64,000 bases of DNA, from contig NC_091999.1 in the NCBI RefSeq assembly GCF_044704955.1, positions 38,192,001 to 38,256,000 on the forward strand, read 5' to 3'. The translations under genes and the position numbers were made by a program. This document shows, in pieces, positions 9,936-21,714 of this stretch (position 1 is its first letter; every line of letters starts with the position of its first letter). This DNA is from Pristiophorus japonicus. Taxonomy: Eukaryota. The notes under the pieces were generated by a model that saw nothing but the letters and a program-made list of their open reading frames with translations, made no database searches and had not been told where the DNA came from.

Positions 9936-10940
9936 GTTGTTTACATTGTACATTAATGATTTAGACGAGGGGATTAAATGCAGTATCTCCAAATTTGTGG
10001 ATGACACTAAGTTGGGTGGCAGTGTGAGCTGCGAGGAGGATGCTATGAGGCTGCAGAGTGACTTGGATAGGTTAGGTGAGTGGGCAAATGCATGGCAGAT
10101 GAAGTATAATGTGGGTAAATGTGAGGTTATCCACTTTGGTGGTAAAAACAGAGAGACAGACTATTATCTGAATGGTGACAGATTAGGAAAAGGAAGGTGC
10201 AACGAGACCTGGGTGTCATGGTACATCAGTCATTGAAGGTTAGCATGCAGGTACAGCAGGCGGTTAAGAAAGCAAATGGCATGTTGGCCTTTGTAGCGAG
10301 GGGATTTTAATACAGGGGCAGGGAGGTGTTGCTACAGTTGTACAGGGCCTTGGTGAGGCCACACCTGGAGTATTGTGTACAGTTTTGGTCTCCTAACTTG
10401 AGCAAGGACATTCTTGCTATTGAGGGAGTGCAGCGAAGATTCACCAGACTGATTCCCGGGATGGCGGGATTGACCTATCAAGAAAGACTGGATCAACTGG
10501 GCTTGTATTCACTGGAGTTCAGAAGAATGAGAGGGGACCTCATGGAAACGTTTAAAATTCTGACGGGTTTAGACAGGTTAGATGCAGAAAGAATGTTCCA
10601 AATGTTGGGGAAGTCCAGAACCAGGGGTCACAGTCTGAGGATAAGGGGTAAGCCATTTAGGATCGAGATGAGGAGAAACTTCTTCACCCAGAGAGTGGTG
10701 AACCTGTGGAATTCTCAACCACAGAAAGTAGTTGAGGCCAATTCACTAAATATATACAAAAGGGAGTTAGATGAAGTCCTTACTACTCGGGGGATCAAGG
10801 GTTATGATGAGAATGCAGGAAGGGGGTACTGAAGTTTCATGTTCAGCCATGAACTCATTGAATGGTGGTGCAGGCTAGAAGGGCTGAATGGCCTGCTCCT
10901 GCACCTATTTTCTTTGTTTCTATGTTTCTATGTTTCTATG
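9936..10940 (+). mobile_element. CR1 LINE, 5'-truncated, young subfamily with (TTTCTATG)n tail
   Basis: RT C-terminal ORFs 9934-10236 and 10326-10832 (KFVDDTKLGG, HLEYCVQFWSP) and an octamer tail. Confidence 0.93.
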
Positions 10941-10974
10941 AATCTCTACCTTGTACTCACAAGGTTTGCACAGG

Positions 10975-11057
10975 ACTAGGGTAGCCGAGTGGTTAAGGCG
11001 TTGTCCTTAAAATTGAATGGGGCTTTTCCCGCGTGGGTTCGTGCCCTACTCCTGGTA
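10975..11057 (+). tRNA. trnL-TAA: tRNA-Leu(TAA) pseudogene
   Basis: Homologous to 8862-8943. The A box is retained, but the anticodon stem and T loop are damaged. Confidence 0.75.
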
Positions 11058-11298
11058 TCTCTTCAATTTGACACGGATTTCCTCCCATTCTGATCAATAA
11101 AACCGAATTTTCATCGGTTGAATCAGCAATTTTCTGTAACAATGTGACACTCTGAACCGATAATAAAATTAAATTATGAAATGCATTTGTGTCGCTCGGT
11201 CTCTGCCTCTCTCTCTTCAGAGAACTGTGCATGCGTTGGGATGTTTGAGTCTTTGTCTCTCTCAGTCTGACTCACTCTGTCTGTCCATGAAAGACACA

Positions 11299-11378
11299 GT
11301 ACTCGTGGCCGAGTGGTTAACGCGACGGAAGAGAAATCCATTGGGTTATCCCGCCAGGTTCGAATCCTGCCAACAACG
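11299..11378 (+). tRNA. trnS-AGA: tRNA-Ser(AGA) pseudogene
   Basis: GTA.TCGTGGCCGAGTGGTTAA...AGAAATCCATTGGG...GGTTCGAATCCTGCC. The acceptor stem and anticodon loop are mutated. Confidence 0.75.
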
Positions 11379-11672
11379 ATTCTCAGCATTTTTCATTCTA
11401 TTTCACAATTTAACCGGTTCTCTGGCAAACTGATCCTGAGATAAATGGAATAACGTCCCACACCTTTCAACACTGACAGTTTATTCTCATTTTTATTAAT
11501 CTGCAATATTCACGATACATCCGTTTCAAAAATCGCAAACATCAGTCAAAGTTGCGACAGTGATTCAGCCTGTATATCCCTCGAGATGTCTAAGGCATCT
11601 GTGCATGCCCGTTGGTGCGTGCAAATTTTTGGTTATGTGTGTGTGTGTCTCTGTGTCTCTCTATCTCTATAT

Positions 11673-12319
11673 ATGGCATGTTCGCCTTCATAGCTGGGTG
11701 ATTTGAGTATAGGAGCAGGGATGTCTTACTGCAGTTGTACAGGGCCTTGGTGAGGCCATACCTGGAATGTTGTGTTCAGTTTTGGTCCCCGAATCTGAGA
11801 AAGGACGTACTTGCTATTGAGGGATTACAGCGAAGGTTCACCAGCATGATTCCCGGGATGGCAGGATTGACATCTGAGGAGAGACTGGATCAACTGGACT
11901 GGTATCCACTGGAGTTTAGAAGAATGAGAGGGGATCACACAGAAACATATAAAATTCTGACGAGATTGGACAACTTAGAGACTGGAAGAATGTTCTCGTT
12001 GCTGGGGTGTTTGAGACCAAGGATTAAATTCTAAAAATAAGGGGTAAGCCATTTATGACCGAGATGAGGAGAAACTTCTTCACTCAGAGAGTTTTTAACC
12101 TGTGAAATTTTCTACCGCAGAAAGTCGTTGAGGCCAGTTCGTTAGATATAATCAAAAGGGAGTTAGATATGGCCCTTATGGCTAAAGAGATCAAGGGGCA
12201 TGGAGAGAAAGCAGGAAATGGGTACAGAGGTTGAATGATGAGCCATGATCTTATTGAATGGTGGTGCAGGTTCGAAGGGCCGAATGTCATATTCCTGCAC
12301 CTAATTTCTATGTTTCTAT
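11673..12319 (+). mobile_element. CR1 3' fragment (part of the array unit)
   Basis: ORF 11735-12034 is the CR1 ORF2 C-terminus, followed by a TTTCTATG tail. Confidence 0.88.
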
Positions 12320-12514
12320 GTTGATGCGTGTATATTTTTGCTTATTGTGTGTGCGTGTATCTGTGTATGTCTATCTGTATGTATGTATCTGTGTATGTGC
12401 AAATGTCTGTGGAAATCATCACCATGAATTTGGTACGTCCTGGAACTTTTAAAAAAACTTGGGGAAATAATACGGTTGTGAACTTTGGTTCAGTGGCTCC
12501 ATTCTCGACTGAAG

Positions 12515-12725
12515 CAGGAGGTTGTGTGTGTAAGTCCCACTCCTGAGACTTGAAAACATCATCTTGGATGACAGTCAAATGCATTATTTGGGGAATGTTG
12601 CATTGTTGAAGCTGTTGACCATCGGCTGAAATTTTAAATTGAAGCTCCATCTGCCCCCTCGGGTGTATGTGAAAGTTCCCAGAGCCTTAGTCGAAAAAGA
12701 ATCGGAGAGCTGCACCCGTGTCAAT
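12515..12725 (+). mobile_element. Degenerate DeuSINE fragment (array component; also ~15935-16140 and ~20070-20155)
   Basis: aagtcccactcctgagacttga...ttaaattgaagctccatctg aligns by eye with 6630-6780. Confidence 0.55.
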
Positions 12726-12843
12726 ATTACGAAAAATGTTCGTAAATGCTCCCTGAAATCCAATGTGTCTGTGTGTCACTGTGGGGGTGGAGCTGAAGCC
12801 CAGATTCTCACCGAGGTAGAGACCAACCACTGACATGATCACG

Positions 12844-12926
12844 ACCAGGATGGCCGAGGGGTAAAGGCGTTAGACTTAAGATGTAATGGGTTTATACCCA
12901 CGTGGGTTCAACCCCGCCTTCTGGTA
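12844..12926 (+). tRNA. trnL-TAA: tRNA-Leu(TAA), probable pseudogene
   Basis: ACCAGGATGGCCGAG...GACTTAAGAT...CTGGTA with an altered T loop. Confidence 0.78.
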
Positions 12927-14110
12927 ATTCCTTAATTAAACAGAGATTTTTCCCATCCTGCTCAGTGATACCCGATTTTCATCTGCTGAATCACCAATTT
13001 TCTGTAACTATGTGACACTCTGAGCCGAAAAAGAAATGAAATTTTGAAATGTATCTGTGTCACTCTCTCTCTTTAGAGAGCTGTGTTTGTGTTTTCGTGT
13101 TTGAGTCTTTGTCTCTCTCTCTGTCTACCTCTCTCTGACCCACTCTGTTTGTCCCTGTTTCTCTGTTTGTCTCTGTCTCTCAATCTGTCTCTTTCTCACG
13201 GTGTCTAGTTCTGTTGCCATGGGATTCTCTCAGACTCTCTGTCTGACTGTCTCTTTCTGTCCCGTTATCTCTGTCTGTCCATGTCTTTGCCTGTCTCTGT
13301 TAGTCCCTGTCTCTAACCTGATAAGTATTTCCATTATTTTCTGTTTTTATCTCTATGTCTCTCTCTCTCTATCTGTCTTTCCCTCGATCTGTCGCCCTCT
13401 TTGTCTCTCTTTTTGTCCCTCTTTTTCTCTGTCATTCCATAACTATCTGCCTCCCTCTCTTTATGGAGCATGCAAATACATCTCTGTGCACGTCTGTGTT
13501 TGAGTCTTTTTCTCATTCAGTCTGATCCTCCCTTTCAGTCTCAAACTTTATTTCTCTCTTTGTCTCTACCTCGCTATCTGTCTCTCCTCGTTTCCCTGTT
13601 TGTCTCTGGTTCTCAATGTGTCTGTCACTTTCTCACGGTGTCCAGTTCTGTTCGAATGAGATTCTCTCAGTCTCTCTGTCTGACTGTCTCACTCTTTCCC
13701 ATCATCTCTGTCTGTCTATCTTTTCTGCCTATCTGTCTCTCTTTGCCTGTCGCTGGTAGTTCCTGTCTCTAACCTGCTGAGTATTTCCATCATTTTCTGT
13801 TTATATCTTTGCCTCTCTCCCAATCTGTCGCTGTCTCTCTATCTGTCTCTCTCCTTGTCACTCTCTTTATCATTGTCTTTCTTTCACTTTTTCCCTCTCT
13901 CTCTTTATTGATCACACACACACATCTCTTTATATGTAGGTGTTTGAGTCTTTTTCTCAGAGTCTGCTTGACTTTTCAGTCTCACCCTTTCTGTCTCTCG
14001 TTGTCTCTCTCTCGCTATCTGTCTCTCCCTGTTTGTCGGTTTGTCTCTGTCTCTCAAAGTGTCTGTCGACTTCTGTTCACAGCTCGATAACTGCTTTGCC
14101 ACAACCCGTA

Positions 14111-14182
14111 TTCTCGTCCGCATAGTGGTGAGTATCCCCGCCTGTTACGTTGAAGAACCGGGTTCAATTCCCCAATGAAAAA
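14111..14182 (+). pseudogene. tRNA-Asp-derived pseudogene (anticodon now GTT)
   Basis: Aligns with 9669-9740. The acceptor stem is broken, and it is followed by a T5 Pol III terminator. Confidence 0.72.
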
Positions 14183-14401
14183 GCAGCTTTTTCAAAATGT
14201 CGAATTTTACTTCTGTTTCTTGGAAAAGATTCGTATTAAAAAGTTTCAGAGCAATATGGAACAGTAAAGATATAGCAAGAGGAGATGGACTCTTCCAGAT
14301 TTTTTGCAAACGGAGACTTTTTCAGGATTTTGTGGCCGTCTGCTGCACAGAGATGGATGACTGAGTTTTTTCTGAGTAACGTTTAAAGTGCCAGAGACGC
14401 A

Positions 14402-14483
14402 GTAGTTGTGGCTGAGTGGTTAACGCGATTTTCTAGAAATCCTTTGGGTTTACCCCGCGCAGGAACGAATCCTGCCGGCTCTG
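14402..14483 (+). pseudogene. tRNA-Ser(AGA) pseudogene
   Basis: Ser body with CTAGAAA loop. The B box is destroyed (GGAACGAA). Confidence 0.75.
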
Positions 14484-15017
14484 ATTCTCAGCATTTTTCA
14501 TTCCATTTTATAATTTAACCAGGTTTTTGCAAAACCGTTCCTAAGATAGGCGGAAGAACGTCCCACACCTTTCAACACTGAAATCTATTTCTCATTGTTA
14601 TGCAATATCTCAATATCTGCAATATTCAGGATGCATACAGATAGAAAAACGCAAAAATCAGCCAAAGTAGCGAAAGTGATTCAGCCTGTCTATCCCTCTA
14701 TATGTATAAGGCATCTGTGCATGTCCGTTGGTGCATGTATATTTTTGTTTATGTGTGTGTGTGTGTGTCTCTGTGTCTGTCTATCTGTATCTATGTCTCT
14801 GTGTATGTGCAACTGTCTGTGGAAATCATCACCATGAATTTGGTATGTTCTGGAACTTTTAAAAAAGACTTGGGGAAAATAATACGGTTGTGAACTTTGG
14901 TATTGGCTTTCGTTCAGTGGCAGCATCCTTGACTGAAAAACGCAAAAGCCAGCCAAAGTAGCGACAGTGACGCTGCCTGTCTATCCATCTATTTGTCTAA
15001 GGCAACCTATGTATATC

Positions 15018-15726
15018 TTGATCTGGGTGTCATGGTACATCAGTCATTGATTGTTGGTATGCAGGTGCAGAAGGCGGTAAAAAAGCCAAATGGCATGTTC
15101 GCCTTCATAGCGAGGGGATTTGAGTATAGTTGCAGGGAGGTCTTACTGCAATTGTACAGGGCCTTGGTGAGGCCACACGTTAAATACTGCGTTCAGTTTT
15201 GGTCTCCAAATCTGAGGAAGGACGTCCTTGCTATTGAGGGAACACAGCGAAGGTTCACCAGCATGATTCCCGGAATGGCAGGGCTGACATATGAGGAGAG
15301 ACTGGATCAACTGGGCTGGTATCCACTGGAGTTTAGAAGAATGAGTGGGGATCTCATAGAAACATATAAAATTCTGACGAGATTGGACAGCTTCGAGGCT
15401 GGAAGAATGTTCTCGTTGCTGGGGTGTTCAAGACCAAGGATGACAGTCTAAGAATAAGGTGTAAGCAATTTAGGACCGAGATGAGGAGAAACTTTTTCAT
15501 TCAGAGCGTGGTTAACCTGTGAAATTTTCCACCGCAGAATGACGTTGAGGCCAGTTCGTTAGATATATTCAAAAGGGCCCTTACGGCTAAAGGGATCAAG
15601 GGGTATGGAGAGAAAGTAGGAATGGGGTACTGAGGTTGAATGATGAGCCATGATCTTATTGAATGGTGGTGCAGGCTCGAAGGGCCGAATGGCATATTCC
15701 TGCACCTAATTTCTATGTTTCTATGT
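15018..15726 (+). mobile_element. CR1 3' fragment (array copy)
   Basis: ORF 14993-15451; paralogous to 11673-12319 with shared substitutions. Confidence 0.88.
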
Positions 15727-16263
15727 TGATGCGTGTATATCTTTGGTTATTGTGTTTGTATGTGTCTGTGTATGTCTATCTGTATGTATGTCTCTGTGTA
15801 CGTGCAACTCTTTGTGGAAATCATCACCATGAATTTAGTACGTCCTGGAACTTTTAAAAAAACTTGCGGAAAATAATACAGTTGTGATCTCTGATATCGG
15901 TTTTGGTTCAGTGGCTCCATTCTCGACTGAATCAGGAGGTTGTGTGTGTAAGTCCCACTTCTGAGACTTGAACACATCATCTTGGCTGACACTCAAATGC
16001 AGTACTTGGGGAATGTTGCATTGTTGAAGCTGTTGACCATCGGCTGAAATTTTAAATTGAAGCTCCATCTGCACCATCGGGTGGATGTGAAAGTTCCCAG
16101 AGCCTTAGTCGAAAAAGAATAGGAGAGTTGCGCCCGTGTCAATATGACGAAAAATGTTCATAAATGCTCCCTGAAATCCTATGTGTCTATGTGTCGCTGT
16201 GGGCGTGGAGCTGAAGCTCAGATTTCTCACAGAGGCAGAGTCCAACCACTGACAGGATCAGGA

Positions 16264-16346
16264 CCCAGGATGGCCGAGTGGTAAATGTGTTGGACTTAAG
16301 ATCTAATGGGTTTATACCCGCGTGGGTTTGAACCCCAGTCCTGGTA
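16264..16346 (+). tRNA. trnL-TAA: tRNA-Leu(TAA), probable pseudogene
   Basis: Leu body with GACTTAAGATC anticodon arm. The T loop reads GTTTGAA. Confidence 0.78.
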
Positions 16347-17232
16347 ATTCCTTAATTAAACATAGATTTTTCCAATCCTGCTCAGTGATACACGATTCTC
16401 AAATGCTGAATCTCCAATTTTCTGTAACGATATGACACTCTGAGCCGATAATGAAATGAAATTGTGAAATGTATCTGTGTCGCTCGGTCTCTGCCGCTCT
16501 CTCTCTTTAGAGAGCTGTGTTTGTGTTTGTGTGTTTGAGTCTTTGTCTCTCTCAGTCTGCCTCTCTCTGACACACTCTGTCTGTCCCTGTTTCTCTGTTT
16601 GTCTCTGTCTCTCAATCTGTCTCTTTCTCACGGTGTCTAGTTCTGTTGCAAAGGGATTTTCTCAGACTCTCTGTCTGACTGTCTCTCTCTGTCCCATTAT
16701 TTCTGTCTGTCCATGTCTTTGCCTGTCGCTGTTAGTCCCTGACTCTAACCTGATAAGTATTTCCATTATTTTCTGTTTTTGTCTCTATGACTCTTCTCCC
16801 TCTCTCTCTCTCTGTCTTTCTCTCTATTTGTCTCCCTCTTTGTCTCTCTCTTTGTCCCTGTCCTTTTCTCTGTCATTCCATCGCTATTTGCCACCCTCTC
16901 TTTATGGAGCACGCAAATACATCTCTGTGTATGTATGTGTTTGAGTATTTTTCACATTCAGTCTGATCCTCCCTTTCAGACTCAAAGTTTATGTCTCTCT
17001 TTGTCTCTATCTCACTGTCTGTCTATCCCTGTTTCCCTGTTTCACACACGCATCTGTAGGTGTTTGAGTCTTTTTCTCGCTGACTCTGACTGTCTTTTCA
17101 GTCTCACCCTTTCTGTCTCTCGTTGTCTCTCTCTCGTTGTCTGCCTATCCCTGTTTATCGGTTTGTCTCTGTCGATCAATGTTTCTGTCGACTTCTGTTC
17201 ACAGCTCGATTACTGCTCTGACGCAACCCGTT

Positions 17233-17304
17233 CCCTCGTCCATCTCGTGCCGATTATGCCCCCCTTTTACGCGGGAGAATCAGGTTCAATTCCCCGATGG
17301 AAAA
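17233..17304 (+). pseudogene. Highly degenerate tRNA-Asp pseudogene
   Basis: Positional and sequence homologue of 14111-14182. Confidence 0.6.
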
Positions 17305-18254
17305 GCAGCTTTTTCAAAATGTCGAATTTTACTTCTGTTTCTTGGTTTGGATTCATATTAAAAAGTTCCACAGCAATATAGAACAGTAAAAATACAGCAA
17401 GAGGAGATTGCCTCTTACAGATCTTTTGCAAACGGAGACTTTTTCTGGACTCTGTGGCCGTCTGTTGCACAGAGATGGATGACTGAGTATTTTCTGTTTT
17501 TGTCTCTATGTCTCTCTCTCTCTTTCTGTCTTTCTCTCTATCTGTCTCCCTCTTTTTCTCTATCTTTGTCCCTGTCCTTTTCTCTGTCATTCCATCGCTA
17601 ATTGCCTCCCTCTCTTTTTGGAGCACGCAAATACATCTCTGTGTATGTATGTGTTTGAGTCTTTTTCTCATTCAGTCTGATCCTCCCTTTCAGTCTCAAA
17701 CTTTCTGTCTCTCTTTGTCTCTATCTCACTGTCTGTCTCTCCATGTTTCCCTGTTTGTCTCTGGTTCTGAATGTGTCTGTCTCTTTCTCACGGTGCCCAG
17801 TTCTGATCGAAAGGGATTCACTCAGTCTCTCTGTCTGACTGTCTCACTCTTTTCCATCATCTCTGTCACTCTATGTTTCTGCCTGTCTGTCTCTCTTTGC
17901 CTGTCGCTGGTAGTTTCTACCTCTAACCTGCTGAGTATTTCCATCATTTTCTGTTTATATCTGTCTCTCTCTCTATCTGTCGCTCTCTCTCTATCTGTCT
18001 CTCTACTTGTCACTGTCTTTCTCTCACTCTTTCCCTCTCTCTATATATAGATCACACACACATATCTCTGTATATGTAGGTGTTTGAGTCTTTTTCTCAC
18101 TGAGTCTGCCTCACTTTTCAGTCTCACCCTTTCTGTCTCGCGTTGTCTCTCTCTCTCGATGTCTGTCTATCCCTGTTTGTCGGTTTTTCTCTGTCGATCA
18201 ATGTTTCTGTCGACTTCTGTTCACAGCTGGATTACTGCACTAACGCAACCCATA

Positions 18255-18326
18255 CCCTCGTCCGTATAGTGGTGATTATCCCCGCTAGTTATGCGGGAGA
18301 ACAGGGTTCAATTTCCCGACGGCGCA
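18255..18326 (+). pseudogene. tRNA-Asp-derived pseudogene (anticodon GTT)
   Basis: gtatagtggtga...gcgggag...ggttcaatttcccgacgg, with T6 downstream. Confidence 0.72.
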
Positions 18327-18544
18327 GTAGTTTTTTCAAAATGTCGAATTTTACTTCAGTTTCTTGGTATAGATTTTATTAAAATGTTCCAGAGCAATAT
18401 AGAACAGTAAAAATACAGCAAGAGGAGATTGCCTCTTCCAGATTTTTTGCAAACGGAGACTTTTTCAGGATTCTGTGGCCGTCTGCTGCACAGAGATGGA
18501 CGACTGAGTTTTTTCTGAGTAACATTTAATGTGCCAGAGACGCA

Positions 18545-18626
18545 GTAATTGTGGCAGAGTGGTTAAAGCGATGGACTAGAAACACTTTGGGTTTTCTGCG
18601 CGTAGGTTAGAATCCTGCCGACTACG
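18545..18626 (+). tRNA. trnS-AGA: tRNA-Ser(AGA), probable pseudogene
   Basis: GATGGACTAGAAA anticodon region and CCTGCCGACTACG 3' end. The T loop reads GTTAGAA. Confidence 0.75.
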
Positions 18627-19142
18627 ATTGTCAACATTTTTCATTCCATTTTACAATTTAACCAGGTTTTGGCAAAACGGATCCTGAGATAGATGGAATA
18701 ACGTCCCACACCTTTCAACACTGACATTTTTTTCACATTTCTATTAGTCTGCAATATTCACGATACATACGGATAGAAAAATGCAAAAATCAGCCAAAGT
18801 CGTGATTCAGCCTGTCTATCCCTCGATATGTCTAAGGCATCTGTGTCTGTCCGTTGGTGCATGTATATTTTTGGTTATGTGTGTGTGTGTGTCTCTGTGT
18901 CTGTCTATCTGTATATATGTCTCTGTGTATGTGCAACTGTCTGTGGAAATCATCACCATGAATTTGGTATGTCCTGGAACTTTTTCAAAAGACTTGGACA
19001 AAATAATACGTTTGTGAACTTTTGCATTGGCTTTGGTTCAGTGGCAGCATTCTCGAAGGAAAAACGCAAAGGCCAGCCAAAGTAGCGACAGTGACCCTGC
19101 CTGTCTATCCGTCTATTTGTCTAAGGCACTCTGTGTATATCT

Positions 19143-19868
19143 TGATCTGGGTGTCATGCTACATCTGTCATTGAAAGTGGGCATGCAAGTGCAACAGGCG
19201 GTGAAGAAGGCAAATGGCATGTTCCCCTTCATAGCTAGGTGCTTTGAATATAGGAGCAGGGAAGTCTTCCTGCAGTTGTACAGGGCCTTGGTGAAGCCAC
19301 ACGTTAAATATTCCGTTAGTTTTGGTCTCCAAATCTGAGGAAGGACGTCCTTGCTATGGATGGAGCACAGGGATGGTTCGCCAGCTTGATTCCAGGGAGG
19401 GCAGGACTAACATATGAGGCTAGACTGGATCAACTCTGCTGGTATCCACTGGAGTTTAGAAGAATGAGAGGGGATCTCATAGAAACATATAAAATTCTGA
19501 CGAGATTGGACAAGTGAGAGGCAGGAAGAATGTTTCTGTTGCTGGGGAGTTCGAGAACCAGGGGTCACAGTCTAAGAATAAGGGGTAAGCCATTTAGGAC
19601 CAAGATGAGGAGAAACAGCTTCATTCAGAGAGTGGTTAACCTGTGGAATTCTCTACCGCAGTAAGTTGTTGAAGCCAGTTCGTTAGATATATTGAAGAGG
19701 GAGTCAGATATGGCCCTTACGGCTCAAGGGATCAAGGGATATGGAGAGAAAGGAGGATATAGGTACTGAGGTTGAATGATCAGCCATGATCTTATTGAAT
19801 GGTGGTGCAGGCTCGAAGGGCCAACGGCCTACTCCTGCAACTAATTTCTATGTTTCTATGTTTCTATG
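19143..19868 (+). mobile_element. CR1 3' fragment (array copy)
   Basis: Same 5' truncation point as 15018, with a TTTCTATG tail. Confidence 0.88.
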
Positions 19869-20194
19869 TTGATGCGTGTATATTTTTGGTTATTTTATGT
19901 GTGTGTGTGTCTGTGTATGTCTATCTTTTTGTATGTCTCTGTGTATGTGCAACTGTCGATGGAAATCATCACCAAGAATTTGGTATGTCCTGGAACTTTT
20001 TAAAAAACTTGTGGAAAATAATACGGTTGTGATCTTTGGTATCGGCTTTGTTTCAGTGGCTCCATTCAAAAGGTCGTGTGTGTAAATCCCTCTCCTGAGA
20101 CTTGAGTGCATCATCTTGGCTGACACTCAAATGCAGTACTTAGGGAATTTTGCACCTCTTTTATGTCTTTCTCTCTCTATATGTCTATAAATGT

Positions 20195-21100
20195 CTTAAT
20201 CTTACTCCCTCGATTCAAATCTAGATCATTGATATATACCACAAAAATCAAGGGACCCATGACTGAGCCCTGCAGAACCCCACTGGAAACATCCTTCCAG
20301 TCAAAAAACATCCATCATTCATTAGCCTTTGCTTCCTACCTCAAAGGCAATTTTGGATCCAACTTGCTACTTTGCTCTGGATCCCATGGGCTTTAACCTT
20401 CGTGACCGGTCTACCATGTGGGATCTTATCAAAAGCTTTGCTAAAGGCCAAATACACTACATTGTATGCAGTACCCTCATCGACCCTCTTGGTTGAATTT
20501 TGTGAGGAGGTAATCAGGTTAGTGAAACACGATCTTCCCTTTACAAATCTCTGCTGACTGTCCCTAATTAGTCCTTGCCTTTCTAAATGTAGATTTATCC
20601 TCCAATAATTTTCAAATAATTTCCCACCACTGAGGTTAGGCTGACAGGCCTGTAATTACTCGGCTGATTCCTTTCTCCCTTCTTAAACAAGGGTACCACA
20701 TTAGCAGTCCTCTGGCACCATGCCCAAATCCAAATAGGACTGGAAAATGATGGTCAAGGGATCTGCTATTTCCTCTTTTACTTCACTCAACAGCCTGGGA
20801 TGCATTTCATCTGGGCCTGGGGAATTTTCTACTTCCAAAGCTGCTAAACCCCTTAATAATCCTCTCTCACTGTTTATTTCATCCAGAATTTCAAACTCCT
20901 CCTCGATAACAGTATCTGCATTGCCTCTTTCCTTTGTGAAAACAAGATGCAAAGTATTCATTAAGAATCATAACAACATCTTCCGCCTCCACACAAAGAT
21001 TACCTTCATGGTCTCTAATAGGCCCTACCCTTTCTTTAGTTATCCTCTTGCTCTTAATATATTTATCGAATTTCTTTGGGCTTTCCTTAAGTTTACTAAC
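20195..21100 (-). mobile_element. CR1 LINE ORF2 (RT part), downstream piece of the element split by the Gypsy insertion
   Basis: Minus-strand SPGPDEMHPRLL, GRSCFTN and QGSVMGP-like motifs. Confidence 0.8.
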
Positions 21101-21366
21101 TGTTAAGTCCTGACTCTAATGTACTGATTTACACAAGACACATGCTGAAGTCAAGGTCACTCAGGACCTGCACCTTTAATTCCAGGTCTCCAGTGCTGCA
21201 CTTGCCTGAGATCTCCCTTTATATACCTCAGTGGGACAGGTATGGAATGTCTCCTGCAAGTGCACCCCTGGTGGTAAGGTATGCTTATTGTTACAGGTCA
21301 TATCCAGTTACAGTCATGTATAGCATGGTAAGATATAGTTATACACAGTAATGTGAGATACATGCA
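21101..21366 (-). repeat. 3' LTR of the Gypsy element (PPT at 21367-21378)
   Basis: Direct repeat of 26666-26932, preceded on the minus strand by GGGGGAGGGTGA. Confidence 0.95.
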
Positions 21367-21714
21367 TCACCCTCCCCCAAGGTCTTATTGCCTTTATAGA
21401 TTCAGTCTCTCGGGTGGTCTGCGCTCTCTCGTGGAGCGGCTTTGTTGTGGTTCAGTTGTTTGCCTTGGTGCCTGTTTTTCGTTCGGTGTGATTCATGGTA
21501 TCTCGCCTGGGCTGTCTGTTGAGACTGCCCTTTCTTCAGGTTGTTCCACCTGTCTGTCCACCAGGTGTGGTGTGAGTTCCATTTGATAGTCTGCCTCTGG
21601 TTCTTCAGTGTTATCAGTGAATCTACTTTTTACTTGGTCTACATGCCTCCACCAGGTTTGGCCATTGTCCATTTGTACAACCAGTAGCCTGTTTCCCTCT
21701 TTGTCTGTTACTGT

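Larger units (their letters stand above)
8700..20155 (+). repeat. Tandem segmental array of a tRNA-Leu/Asp/Ser cassette (~3.4 kb unit with TC-rich spacer, CR1 fragment and SINE fragment)
   Basis: The same order of tRNA, spacer and TE pieces is repeated. Leu copies lie at 8862, 10975, 12844 and 16264 (3420 bp between the last two). Confidence 0.9.

Noticed and set aside
9067-18270. Many Ser/Leu/Cys-rich or Arg/Glu-rich ORFs
   Set aside because: Translations of TC-rich and TG-rich spacer repeats.
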